NCBI RefSeq assembly: GCF_009914755.1
Contig: NC_060928.1
Strand: one strand, 5' to 3'
Length of the DNA stretch: 64,000 bases
Source: the human T2T-CHM13v2.0 reference genome, Homo sapiens
Positions 14,971-29,565 of the stretch are shown here, piece after piece; within the stretch, counting starts at the first letter, position 1, and every line of letters begins with the position of its first letter. A model generated the notes under the pieces. It did no database searches and was not told where the DNA came from. It saw nothing but the letters and a program-made list of their open reading frames with translations. The translations under genes were made by a program, and so were the position numbers.

Positions 14971-16046
14971 TATCGGGGGACCTGCCCCGATAATCACGTA
15001 GGTTCTTTTCTATTTTTCTAAGCGTCGACTGGCTTGAGAAATAAAAGAATAGAGTACAAAAGAGAGAAATTTTAAAGCTGGGCGTCCGGGGGAGACATCA
15101 CTCATTGGTAGGATCCGTGATGCCCCACAAGCCACAAAAACCAACAAGTTTTTATTAGGGAGTTTCAAAAAGGGGAGGGGGTATACGAATAGGTGTGGGT
15201 GACAGACATCAGGTACTTAACAGGGTAATAGAATATCACAAGGCAAGTGGAGACAGGGCGAGATCACAGGACCACAGGACCAGGACCGAAGTGAAATTAA
15301 AATTGCTAATGAAGTTTTGGGCACCATTGTCATTGATAACATCTTATCAGGAGACAGGGTTTTGAGATCAACCGGTCTGACCAAAGTTTATTAGGCGGGA
15401 ATTTCCTCTTCCTAATAAGCCTGGGAGCGCTATGGGAGACTGGAGTTTATTTCACCTCTGCAATCTCGACCATAAGAGACAGGTACGCCCCGGGGGGCCA
15501 GTTCAGAGACCTACCCCTAGGTGCGCATTCTCTTTCTCAGGGACGTTCCATGCTGAGAAAAGGAATTCAGCGATATTTCTCCCATTTGCTTTTGAAAGAA
15601 GAGAAATACGGCTCTGTTCTGCCTGGCTCACCAGCGGTCAGAGTTTAAGGTTCTCTCTCTTATTCCCTGAACAATTGCTGTTATCCTGTTCTTTTTTCAG
15701 GGTGCCCACATTTCATATTGCTCAAACACACATGCTGTACAATTTGTGTAGTTAACGCAATTATTACAGGGTCCTGAGACGATACACATCCTTCTTGGCT
15801 GACAGGATTAAGAGATTAAAGTAAAGACAGGCATAGGAAATCACAAGGGTATTGATTGGGGAAGTGATAAGTGTCCATGAAATCTTTACAATTTATGTTT
15901 AGAGACTGCAGTAAAGACAGGCATAAGAAATTACAAAAGTATTAATTTGGGGAAGTAATAAATGTCCATAAAATCTTCACAATCCACGTTCTTCTGCCAT
16001 GGCTTCAGCCGGTCCCTCCGTTTGGGGTCCCTGACTTCCCGCAACA
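14971..16046 (-). mobile_element. MER11 (HERV-K/HML-8) solo LTR with 6-bp TSD GGTAAT
   Basis: Minus strand starts TGTTGCGGGAAGTCAGGGACCCCAAACGGAGGG and ends ...CCCCCGATA. GGTAAT is present at 14965-14970 and 16047-16052. Confidence 0.9.
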
Positions 16047-16145
16047 GGTAATAGCTGTATCCCACTGGTGGTGGTGAGGGTGAAATGGGTCCCTGCCTGT
16101 CACACAGGAAGCATTGCAGAGGCTCTGTGACCATCATCCTGCTGT

Positions 16146-16309
16146 TTAAAAGGCACCTGGGCTGCTGAGACACAGACAAATGACATGGAGGCTGGGACAA
16201 GGGGCATGTGGTGTCAGAGATGGGTGGGCTGCAGAGATATTTCAGTTCTGGAGCCAACAGGATTGGTTCGCAGGAGGTGGATATTCGCCAACCTTGACCT
16301 ATATGCCAG
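16146..16309 (-). repeat. Right arm of the 164-bp inverted duplication (partner 14294-14457)
   Basis: Reverse complement matches the left arm. The match is also visible as a shared pseudo-peptide WHIGQGW...LAPELKYLCSPPISD in opposite-strand ORFs. Confidence 0.9.
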
Positions 16310-16556
16310 GCTCTTGGCCTGACCCCACAGCCTTCCACGATGCCCACCACCAATATCTGCCCATGCACTGGGTGCAAGGCCTTGTCTGGCCTTCTTAGGC
16401 CTCCTGCAAAATTTCCTCTCTTCATTAAAGCACAGCTTCGTGGTGACAACATTGTAGAGGCAAGCAGAAGGACTGGGACCCTGGACTGAGGCCACAGGAG
16501 GCAAGCGCAGAGCTCTGGTTGGCCAACATGGGCCAGCTTCTGGCCAATGAGGGCTG

Positions 16557-17340
<784 letters not shown>

Positions 17341-18627
17341 AAAAACCACTCCTGGGACACAGTCAGCACTTTGTTTAATGCCGGAAGGCAACCAGCTCCT
17401 CAGAACACGAGTCTGAATAAGCCTTGCCTTGCCCCTCTCCACACTGTGTGTGATCTCATCAAGAAACCACAATGCCTCCCGGCTGAACAGGGCTGCTCAC
17501 ATCCCTCTACAGTCACAATTCACAACCTGCAAGGTGAGATCAGAAGGGACCTTTGCCTCCAAGGTGCAGATGGAAAAAGTAAGCCTCAGAAAGCAGAAGT
17601 GAGTTGCCCAAGATTGTTGGATGACCCGGTGGCAGCCATGGGCTTTCCAACCCAGGTCTCCTGCCTCCAGCCCCACATGGCCTGATAGTTTTATAGGAGG
17701 ATTCAAGTAACACAGGCACAAAAAGAAAAGTAGCTCCTTCAAGACAACTCAAGTCCAAATAATATCTGATAAGCAGAAATTCCAGCCCATCACCAAGAAG
17801 TCTTTGTAACACTTCCTGCAAACTTCACCAAAAATTACGTGGAAATCCCAGGGGTCTCCGTGGAGAAAATATGAATGGGCTAGGTTGGTAGAGTCAAATC
17901 CTTTCTGTGGACAGAAAACAGTTTATCCTAAAGAATCTAGCCACACTTTTTTTTTTTTTTTTAACAAACATTCATTACTTAATGAGCCCTTAGGAAAAAA
18001 ATCTCTCTCTGAGTAAGTACATGACTTTGTTTTAAATATCTAAATCCAAATTGATTGTACTGACTTAAAAAGCTACAGCCATATTCCTACCCCAGGCGCA
18101 GTAATATGCTTCCTGGAAATTTATTCTAAGGAAGCAATTCCCGAAAGGAAAGAGCAATCTGCCTAAAGATGTTGTGAGTAGCATCATTTGAATTGTTGAT
18201 GGCAGTGGAAAACTGGAAATAACCTCAGGACCCAAAAGTTATTGATGGCTGAATGAGCAAAGGCACATCAGCCCACTCAGAAACAGCCCAGGCAGAGACA
18301 GGGAGGGAGGCCCACGGACAACAGTGGCATGTGAGCCCTGCCGGGCAGCACCTGGAGAGATGGGGAATGTGCTTCTCATCAGTTCACATCCCACGATTTT
18401 CAGTTTCGTTTAAAATCCAGTGATGGTGGCCATGCTGTTTATGCAATCAACAAAATAATGAAAGAGATGATACTGGGTTCTCTTTTGAGCAGAACTGAAA
18501 TACCAGAGTGAAGCTCACACCCCAGGCCAGCTTCAGCTCCTTCCATGCGTCCTTTATGGCCCAAGTGGAGACTCAGAGGCTGTCCGAGTCCCCACTCCAC
18601 AGAGCTGCTGGAGGCTAAGTGCCTTCA

Positions 18628-19089
<462 letters not shown>

Positions 19090-19832
19090 CTATCAACAGT
19101 GGGCTGCGTAAGGAGCAAGGGCGTCAAATGGTCCTCAGTGTTCAGGCCCGGAACAACGTGACTGTTTGGAGACCAATACTCTCTTGCCTTCAACTTCCCT
19201 CTCACCTTCCGAAGAACGGTGCCAGGCATCAGGAGGGCAAAAGTTGGAAGCAACCTAAATGTCCAGCCATAGGGAATTCCTTGTACTACAAAACTGCACG
19301 ACTAAATCCCGTGATGGGTATGCAGTAGAGAAGTGTACGCCATCACAACAGACGTGCAGGCTGCCCCCGGACCTAGCAGGGAGCACACAGCAAACGTGCA
19401 GGAAGTCACTGGAGTGAGCCCTCGGCACACGCCATCTACTCCAGTGATCGCAGCGCGGCTCCAGCCATGTTCAAGAGCATTAAACAGAGGAACCAGATCT
19501 GATTTTTCCGGAGAAAGCTAACATTGATTTTTATGTGAAATTTTCCAATTTGTATACATTAGAAATGAATTCACATAAATTTGTTTAAATATGTTTCAGC
19601 CCAAACAAAAGCCATCTGTGGACCAGATTTGACCTGTGGGCATCACTCTGCCAGCTCTGAGGTTTGCCACCTATTAAATGGAAAAAGCAACTTATACAAT
19701 CGTACATACAGCATACTACAGTGTATACGTACATATAATGTGTATATATACTGCATATAATATACGCTGTATATATGTGCATTTGTAGGCAGGCTTATAT
19801 TTAAGTGTAGGCATTTAAAATAGCATAGACAG

Positions 19833-20112
19833 GGCCGGATGCAGTGGCTCACGCCTGTAACCTTAGCACTTTGGGAGGCCGAGGCGGGCGGATCTCTTGA
19901 TGTCAGAAGTTCAAGACCAGCCTGGTCAAGATAGTGAAACCCCGTCTCTACTAAAAGTACAAAAATTAGCCTGTAATCCCAACTGTTCAGAAGGCCGAGG
20001 CAGGAGATTCGCTTGAACCTAGGAGGCAGAGGTTGCAGTGAGCCGCGATCGAACCACTGCACTCCAGCCTGGGCGACAGAGTGAGACCCTGTCTCAAATA
20101 GTAATAATAATA
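19833..20112 (+). mobile_element. Alu (AluS) with a small deletion at the start of the right arm
   Basis: aaaattagc|ctgtaatccc junction. TSD aaaatagc(a/g)tagaca. Confidence 0.88.
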
Positions 20113-20539
20113 AAATAGCGTAGACAAATATTTACAATCTATTGAGACAGGACATCTTTGAAAGAGGTTAGGGTACTTGGGTTTTTCCTTCTTTTAGGAT
20201 TTGATTTTTGCCTGGATACATTTTCTAAAGGAACTACAAAGACGCTGCATTGCATATTTAGCATGAAATCACAAAAGATTCTTGTCTTTAAAAGATGGTG
20301 CTGAGATTCAAGGCATGGCAGAGGCCTTATGAAGAAAAATAACATAATGTGATATAAATAGAGGTTAGAGGGAGCAGCTGCTGACCTGAATTCAAGTCCC
20401 ACACAAGCAAGTGCCGGCTCTAGGATGCGGGAGACGTCAGTTCATACCCCTGAACTGTTGTTTCGTCAGCTGCAAAGCTAGGAGGACAGCACCCAGCCCA
20501 TGTGATATGGAGGTCAGGGAGGGGGATGTGGAGGGCGAG

Positions 20540-20775
20540 AGCACGGGCTCAGGAGCCAGAGTGACTGGGTGGATTCTTAGCTCTGCCACTTACTAGCTGT
20601 GTGACCTCAGACAGGAGACTTCTGTCTCCTCTCTGTGCCTCAATTTCTTGATCAGAAAATGAGGCTAGTAATAATTCCTTCCTCCTAAGGTTGTTTTGGG
20701 CATGAAATGGTTTCATACTTTTAAGGTATTCAGAACAGGGACCAGACCGTAATAAGGACTCGGTAACAGTTAACA
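20540..20775 (+). mobile_element. MIR element
   Basis: ctctgccacttactagctgtgtgacctc...ctctgtgcctcaatttc core. Confidence 0.7.
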
Positions 20776-21308
20776 ATTATAATGACTTAATTGCAAACTA
20801 CAAAACCCTTTAAACGAAAGATGTCACTTGTTAACATTCTAATAATTTAGGAAATGCAAAAGGCTCTGTTAGTTTTTCTATTTTCTGACAATGCTACTAG
20901 TTTGCAACATACCCTCGAAAATGCACACCTATCTTGAGGTTGTACAGTCCCGTGGAACAGAGCTGTTGCCACTGGCAAAGGAGGCATGGCTTCTGGGGGG
21001 CCCAAACCCCTCACCCAGAGCCAGTGCACACCACACAGTAGGCAAAGCCCCCGTCCCAGGGGCACAGCTTGATTCTCAGGATTTTCACGTAATCCTAGCA
21101 GCTGAGCTGTCTGTTCTTCCAGCCCCGGGGCCTAAGGGACACAGGGAACTGGAAGACAGCATCGTGCAAAAGGCGAAGACACAGGCAGGAAAATGAAAGG
21201 CAGCAAAGATTTTCCAGAAAGCAAAGATTTTTCCACCATGCCACCACCCCAAAAGAGAGAGAGGAGATTAAAATAAAGTCTTTTAATACTTAAAAAGAAG
21301 AAGCCTCA

Positions 21309-21610
21309 GGCTGGGCATGGTGGCTCAAGCCTCTAATCCCAGCACTCTGAGAGCCCAAGGCAGGAGGATGGTTGAGCCCAGGAGTTCAAGACCAGTTTGG
21401 GCAAGAGAGGAAGACCCTGTCTCTACAAAAAAATGTAAAAGTTAGCTGGATGTGGTGGTGCAAGCCTGTAGTCCTAGCTACCCAGGAGACTGAGGTGGGA
21501 GGAGCATGTGAGCCTAGGAGTTCAAAACTGCAGTGAGTTATGGTGGCGCCACTGCACTCCAGCCTGGGCGACAGAGCAGTGACACCCTGTCCCTAAAACA
21601 CACAAAAAAG
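21309..21610 (+). mobile_element. Alu (AluJ-like)
   Basis: Diverged dimer with gagcccaggagttcaag. Confidence 0.85.
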
Positions 21611-23326
21611 AAAAGGCCTGGGAAGTCTAGGAAATTAACTTTCTTAGGAGACCTCATTTTCCAATTATAGGAAATTAACAAGGTGCTTGCTGTCTCTTTT
21701 TATACTGATGCAAAATAGTTAGAGGGAGTTTTAAATGAAACTTCCATGAGGCGTATCAATAATGTCAACCAAGTTAGGTTTTCCTAACACGTACTCTGGG
21801 CTTGGAGGTGAGGTGCCATAGAGAGGACCCGGAATGAGGAGCAGGAGGCTTAGTCACTTGCCCCAGCTCTGCCACCATTCCCGCCATGGCCCTGGCCCGG
21901 CTGTGTTCTCTCCACGCAGGACTCTCCATCCATAATGGGGGTGGGCCGTGCGGACGGCACCACGTGGAACGAGGGCTGGCGACCATTGCTAATCCCAGAG
22001 AGGGCCACCTGTGGCCAGGGCTCCCAAGCCCTGTGTCCCATCACTGATGCCAAGAGGTCACAGCTGGTGGGTCTCATCAACATAGAAATGACGGCAGAGC
22101 TGCCACCTGCACCAGCACATTCAGGAGTACTTAGTGACCTGGACCCAATTCCACGCTTAAGTGTGGCGGCTTAATCCACAAATGGGCCTCAGGCTTCCCC
22201 AACCCTCAACATCCAGCCACCAAGAACTGTCCTCTATCACCAGTTCTCAGAGGTGTCCCCTACTGCCACCACCCCAGCCAGCCCTCACCCTTGCCTGTCT
22301 GCATTCGTGTGACACAGTGGCCTCCCCTGGTCTAGGCCTATATGCCAATCCATCCAGGCTCTAGGGCCATGGGGAGTGACCCTCCCCACCGTTCCCTGCT
22401 GATGCCCTGTCGGGGAAAAAGTGTCCATGGCTACAGCAGCCAGGCCTCTGCACTGCACCCTGCTCCTTGCTCCAGCCTGGGCCATGCCTGCTGTCCCCTG
22501 CAGGCCTCTGCATGTGCCCTTCTCTAGCTCACAGGCCACCTGGGATCACCTTCTAACTGTCCCCAGTACTTGGCTTGGGCCACACCTCTTTGGGGCAAAC
22601 CTTTTCTGCTCTGCAAGCAAGATCGGGTGTCCCTGAGGCCCAAGCCTGACTTTAGGCCACCATCGGGTGACCATCTATCTCCAGGACTATGAGGCCAGCT
22701 GGGTTGAGATTGCCACAGGAGACAGACCCATTTTACAGATGAGAAAACTGAGGCCTAACAGGTCAGGGGCTGTAGGTCACAGAGGGAGTAGGAGAGGAGA
22801 ACCTGCCTCTTCCCCACCAGTGGTCAGCCAGGCTATGGTCAAAGGCCATAGGGCTAGGAGGACAGCACCCAGCCCATGTGATGTGGAGGTCAGGGAGGGG
22901 GATGTGTGTGTTTCTGCATGGTGTGTATGGTGTGTGTGCCACCCCACATAGGCACCACAGTCCCCAGCCCCAGCTCTCTGAGGTGCCCTCAGCTTCCACT
23001 TCCCTGGGCAATTATGTCATCAGCACTGCAGCAGCGGGAGCACCCCCACCCGGGCTGGCTGACCCCTCACCTAGGACCCTCCCATCCCAAGGGCAAAGAC
23101 CCTCAAGCCCCTCCCCGCAGACAGGGCCACACAGTCCCACCAAGCTGGGACACAGGCCACCCAATGCCACTCTCCCAGCTCCATCTATGGCTACAGTGGC
23201 CCACACTGTCAGGACTTCCTGTTTTGGGTCAGGTTGTTCATTCTGCACCCAACAGACACCTGAGAGTCCGTTATGTGTCCAGGAGAGGGTGATTCTGTGC
23301 ATGTTACAGACACAAACATGCAGGTA

Positions 23327-24875
23327 CCATACAGAAACACACACACACACCATACACACCATGCAGAAACACACACACACACACACCATACAGAAACACA
23401 CACACACACCATACACACCATGCAGAAACACACACACACCATACACACCATGCAGAAACACACACGCACACCATACACACCATACAGAAACACACACACA
23501 CACCATACCCACCATACAGAAACACACACGCACACCATACACACCATGCAGAAACACACACACACCATACAGAAACACACACACACACCATACACACCAT
23601 GCAGAAACACACACACACACACCATACAGAAACACACACCATACACACCATACACACCATGCAGAAACACACACACACACCATACACACCATGTAGAAAC
23701 ACACACCATACACACCATGCAGAAACACACACACACCATACACACCATGCACACACACACCATACATACCATGCAGAAACACACACACACACCATACAGA
23801 AACACACACACACCATACACACCATGCAGAAACACACACACACAAACACGCACCGTGCAGAAACACACACACAAACACACACCATACAGAAACACACACA
23901 CACAAACACACACCATGCAGAAACACACAAACACAAACACACACCATGCAGAAACACACACATGCAAACGCACACCATGCAGAAACACACATACACAAAC
24001 ACACACCATGCGGAAACACACACACGCAAACACACACCATGGAGAAACACACACACACACAAACACACACACCATGCAGAAACACACACACACCATACAG
24101 AAACACACACACATACACCTTGCAGAAACACACACACACACACCATGCAGAAACACACACATGCACAAACACACACCATGCAGAAACACTCACACAAACA
24201 CACATCATACAGAAACACACACACAAACATACACCGTACAGAAACACACACACACAAACACACACCATGCAGAAACACACATGCACATACACACACCATG
24301 TAGAAACACACAAACACGCATCATACAGAAACACACATGCACACACACCATACAGAAACACACACACACAAACACACACCATGCAGAAACACTCACACGC
24401 ACACACACCATGCAGAAACACACACACCATGCAGAAACACACACACACAAACACACACCATGCAGAAACACACCACACATGCCCCCCCCACACACACCCA
24501 TACATACACCACCCACAAGCATGCCCACACCATACAGAAACAAATGCACACACACACACCAGGCAGAAACACACAACACATGCGCCCCCCCACACCCATA
24601 CACCACTCACAAGCGCACGCACACACATCATACAGAAACACAACCCATGCACCACACACAGACATTACATATGCATCATACAGAAACCCATACCACATAT
24701 GCCACATACACACACACACCACAGATACACACCACACACAAATATACACATCATACACAAACATACTCCCATACAACACACACACCACACCATACATAGA
24801 CATCACACACATCATACAGAAACCCATACCACATATGCCACACACACACACAGAAGACACACCCCCATACCACAC
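23327..24875. repeat. CA-rich minisatellite of about 1.5 kb (unit approx. cagaaacacacacacaccatacacaccatg), degenerating 3'
   Basis: Dozens of cagaaacac...ccat(a/g) units read directly. Confidence 0.95.
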
Positions 24876-27800
24876 CCGGCCGCACAGAGTTGGTGGCTCC
24901 GAGCAGGGCAGGCTCCCCAGCAATCCCCGGCCAAGGGACGTCATTCTCTTTCTTCTGGGGGAAAATGGGCTGGGGGGCTTCAGAGCCTGGCACGTCGCCT
25001 GGCCAGCGAGCCCCGTCCACCTCACTACGTGCTGCTCACCCTGCCCACCTGACCCATCTGAGCCACAGCAAGCCCGGGGGCAGCCAGGGCATAGGCTGTT
25101 CCCCCAATTTAGAGATGAGAAAACTGAGGCTCGGAGCCACAAGCATGGCACACCCCACACACGGAAAACTCACACCGTGGAGTTTGCTGAAAACCGGCCA
25201 TTCTGGAAGGAAAGATGGGAAGCAGAGGAGATGGGAGAGACTGTGCCAGGGGAAGCCTGTGCCTGAGGGAGCAAGAAGGGTCACAGGCTGGGCCCAGCAG
25301 GGGAGGATCGGTTGTCAGCCTCAGGCTCCCTGGCAAATGGCTTGGTGGGACCTCACTGGCACGTTGGTGAGGCCCAAACAGGGCAACAGCTGTGACAGGA
25401 CTTGGCAGGCTGGGAGGTGGCCCCGCACCGTGTGAAGAGAAACAATGTGAAGGAACACAAGGCCAGGGCACACCTGGGAAGGCCCCACAGGCCACATCCC
25501 CCCTTCACTCCTGTGGGATTCCCTCCTTGATCCCCTTTCCCTGACACGTGGTCCCCCAGCCTCTCTCGAAAGTCCTTCCAGTGACAGGAGGCCCCACTCG
25601 GGCTCACCCTTGGCAGCTCTCACTTCAGAAAGCACTTCTCATTTCGAACCAAAAAGAAGCAAACAAAAACTGACGCCCGTCTAACCTCTGCCCTTAGCTC
25701 CTCCGGGCACTCGGAAGCCCCCAAAATGCGTCCACTCCCCTTCCCGCACACAGGAGCCCTTTAGAGATCGGGAAGTTCCCATCCCACCACCCCCATCTCT
25801 GGGTAACACCTGCTATGTATCAGGCGCCCCATCTGCCTTTCACAGGACAATCTCATTTGACCCCTACAAAGATGCCCTGTAAAGGCTGTGATGCCAGGAT
25901 TACCACCACCTCCACCTGCGGGTGAAGATGCTGGGGCCCGAGACAGAAACTGGCCACAGTCATGTGGTTAGAAAAGGGCTTTAGAGCCAGACGGACATGG
26001 ATTCACCTCCCAGGTGGGTCACTCGGGGTCTAGGGTCAGTTCTCTGAGTTGTCTGGGCCTCAGTTTCCCCATCTGTGAAAGGAGGATCTCTCACTGCATC
26101 CAGGCTCCTGGACTATCAGAGCCCCACAAGTGGTGTCTTTCCATGGAGTCAGGGCAAGGGAAGTGTCCCCACAGGTGTGTTCTCCAAATGGGTGGACAGA
26201 AGGCCACCTGCTTCCGTAGCTGGGGCCCAGGGGCTGCAAGCAGTGAATGAGCTCAGAAGGGACCAGGAGCGGGGAGGGAGGGAAGGGGAGTCTTTATTGG
26301 CACAAGGTCCAAGCCCGTGGCCTGGGAAATTTGTCCCCACAACAGGAGACCCAGCTGGTCTTCAATGTGCTTCTTCAAGTGGAAAAAAAATGAACGGATC
26401 CATTGTCTGCCTGACAAAGCCCCAGCCCGGATGAGCAAACACGGGAGCCACGTGCCTCCTCCGTCCATTCCCTCCGGGGCTCGCTCCCCACGTGCACTGC
26501 CCAAGTCCCATGCTCCACCTGCCAAGTCCTCTCTAGAGTCCTTCTGGTGCCCCCAGCCTTGCCACCTGCAGCTGGCTGACCTCACAGGCCTTCAGGGTCT
26601 CCCTGACCCTCCTCCTCCTAGCCACCCCTGCAGGGCCACCAGAAGGCACCACCTATAGCAAGCATCAGCCACACCTCACCCCTGCAGAGAGATAAAACAG
26701 CAGTAACAGGAACCTGCCTGTGGCGGCCCACTGCCCAGAACCCCCACACCCAGGGGGTGCCTTGCCCGGCCCCTGGCCGTCTCACCCGGGTGTCGGGTCC
26801 ACTTGCAACCTTCAGAGCTCCTTCCACACCATCAGGTTTAGTTGAATCTCCAGTACCAGGCAAGGTGCCTTGCCCAGAGCAGGTGACAGTACCCCTGGGA
26901 GCCCTCTTTGGATGCCTGCTGGATGATGAAGACATCACACACCCCACTTTCACTCCGCACTGTGGGGTGTCTTCACATCTACAGAGTTCAGGCAGGAGGA
27001 CACACGCCATCCAGCCATCAAGGGACACAGGTTTCCTGATTCCTTGATAAAAATAGTCCCCCCTTCTGCAGAATCAAGTACAACTGGACAAGAGCTGGCA
27101 CATGTGTGGTCAGATGCTGGGCGTGGCCCCACCCCATGCCAGCCAGGAACCATTGATATTTAAATGTGGCCTTTGGCTAAATGGTAAGGTACTGACCATT
27201 AAGGGTCCTTGGCCTTGCTCTTGGATAAACAAAGCCATGAGTGTTTGATCTCTATGATCTACAAGGTTTGAGATCACATTGAAGTCGACTGGTTAAACAC
27301 ATCACCCCATTATCTGTTCAGCACAAGTTTGTGCCATGTCTCCTGAAAGCCAGGTGCCATGCTGGTACAGGGACCAGGATACCAAGCAGGACCCACCGTG
27401 CCCTGCCCTCATGATGCTGATGGCCATTCCTGCTGAAAGTTCCTTTGTCCAGACCCCCACTCAGCTGCCGTTCTCAATATTTCCCTACACAGATCAGGAG
27501 GAAGCCATCCCTCTGCATTGTAAATATGACCAAAGAGGTTATGATGAGATTTCTCCATGAAGCACAACTCCCGCCCCTAGAAAAGTATTCTGAGGTCAAA
27601 ACACCCTTCCTGTTTCTGGCAGCCTCAATTGCCACCATCACCTGTCACTGTCCCCCAGTCAAAGAATCATCACGTTCACCTCTGCTGTGGAGGACTGCAG
27701 GAGACACTGCAACAGCTGACCACCACAACGACCCTGCCCTCAACAGCCTCCTTCTCCTGGTCCTAACAAGTCCATCTTGATATGTCCCAGTGAAGCCAAG

Positions 27801-28710
27801 TTCAGGAGAAGAGGCCTCTCTAAATTTGGAAGACTCTGGGACACCTCTGGCCTCATGGTCAGAGACCCACAGAGCCCAGGTCCAGCTCATCATGCCAACC
27901 CCAAAAAGATCAGAGAAACTTCCAGTTAGGGCAATACTCTGCACTTACCTGCCCCAGGCCACTTTGGCAAAGTCCTGCCCAATGAAGTGGGGGACTCTAT
28001 ATAAGAGGAAGGGAGGCAGGGGAAGAAGGAGGGAGCGGGGACGCAATGAGAATTGAATCAAACTTTTAGTTTCTGGTCTGTCACATAAGGAGCTTAGAAG
28101 CATGACTCCCGTCTAAATAAGGCAAGTTAAACAGAATGCAAATCAAGAACTTTTCTTGGATCCATCAGACAACTGAGGTCATAGGACAAACTACTGCTCC
28201 AACATTTGGAAAGGCAGACAGGCAGATACACAGAATCACAACATACCACAGCAAAAACCTCCACAGGAACCAGTTTAGGTCCCTTTTACCAAATGCATCA
28301 TGTCTGGCTCTCAACAAAAAACATTCCAAAGCATACTAAAAGGCAAAAAAGAGAGCCCAAACATTGGAAGCAGACATGGTAGAGAAGCTGGAATGATCAG
28401 ACTGGAACTTTAAGAGAACTACGATTAATATGCCAAGGATTCTAATGGAAAAAGCAGACAACATGCAAAACCAGATGGGCAATGTAAGCAGAGATGAAAA
28501 TTCTAAAAAAAGGATAAAAAGGAAAAGCTAGAAATAAAAAGAACTTTAACAGAAATGAAGAATGCCTTTCATGGGCTCATTAGTAGACCGAACACAGCTG
28601 AAGGAAGAAGCAGTGGGCTTCAACATACGTCAATAGAATATTTCCTAACTGGAAAGCAATGAAAAAAAAGACTAAAAATAAATAAATAAAAAAAACGAAT
28701 ATCCCAGGAC

Positions 28711-29004
28711 AGTCAGGCGCGATGGTTCAAACCTATAACCCCAGCACTTTGGGAGGCTGAGGAAGGCAAATTGCTTGACCCCAGGAGTTCAAGACCAGCA
28801 TGGGCAACATGATGAAACCCTGTCTCTACAAAAAATACAAAACTTAGTTATGTGTGGGGATATACACCTCCCACCTCAGCTGAAGTGGGAGGATCACCCG
28901 GGCTCAGGAGGTTGAGGCTGCAGTAAGCCATGATTGCACCACTGCACTCCAGCCTGGATGACAGAGTAAGACCTTGCCTCCAAAAAAAAAAAAAAAAAAA
29001 AAAA
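28711..29004 (+). mobile_element. Alu (AluJ-like) with TSD gaatatcccaggac
   Basis: Dimer with poly-A tail. The right arm is locally rearranged. Confidence 0.85.
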
Positions 29005-29279
29005 GAATATCCCAGGACTATAAGACAACTACAAAAGGTATAAACACATATATAAAAAAAAGAATAACAGGATGAGAAAGAGAAGAAGAAATTGAAGAAA
29101 TATTTGAAGCAATAGTATCTGAGAATTTCACAAAATTAATGTCAGACACCAAACCACAGATCCAGGAAGCTCAGAAAATAGCAAGAAGGATAACTGCCAA
29201 AAAAAAAAAAAAACAAAACCCTACACTTAGCATATCATATGCAAACTGCAGAAAAGTAGAGATAAAGAAAAGATACTGG

Positions 29280-29565
29280 GGCCTGGCATGGTGGCTCATG
29301 CCTGTAATCCCAATGCTTTGGGAGGCTGAGGTGGGTGGATCACTTGAGGCCAGGAGTTCGAGATCAGCCTAGGCAACATGGCAAAACCCCATCTCTACAA
29401 AAACTACAAAAATTAGCCAGGCATGGTGGTGCGTGCCTGTAATTCCAGCTACTCAGGAGGCTGAGGCATGAGAATGGCTTGAACCCAGGGGACAGGGGTT
29501 ACAGTGAGCCCAGATGGTGCCACTGCACTCCAGCCTGGGCGACAGAGTGAGATTCTGTCTAAACC
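29280..29565 (+). mobile_element. Alu
   Basis: Full dimer. Confidence 0.88.

Noticed and set aside
20484-20493. REST/RE1 site (ggacagcacc) inside the duplicated 54-mer
   Set aside because: Only the right half-site matches. The left half (tcagcacc) is absent.
23012-25266. Long ORFs (547, 508, 368, 337 aa etc.) rich in C/V or H/T
   Set aside because: They are translations of the CA/TG minisatellite, which lacks stop codons in several frames. There is no coding signature.
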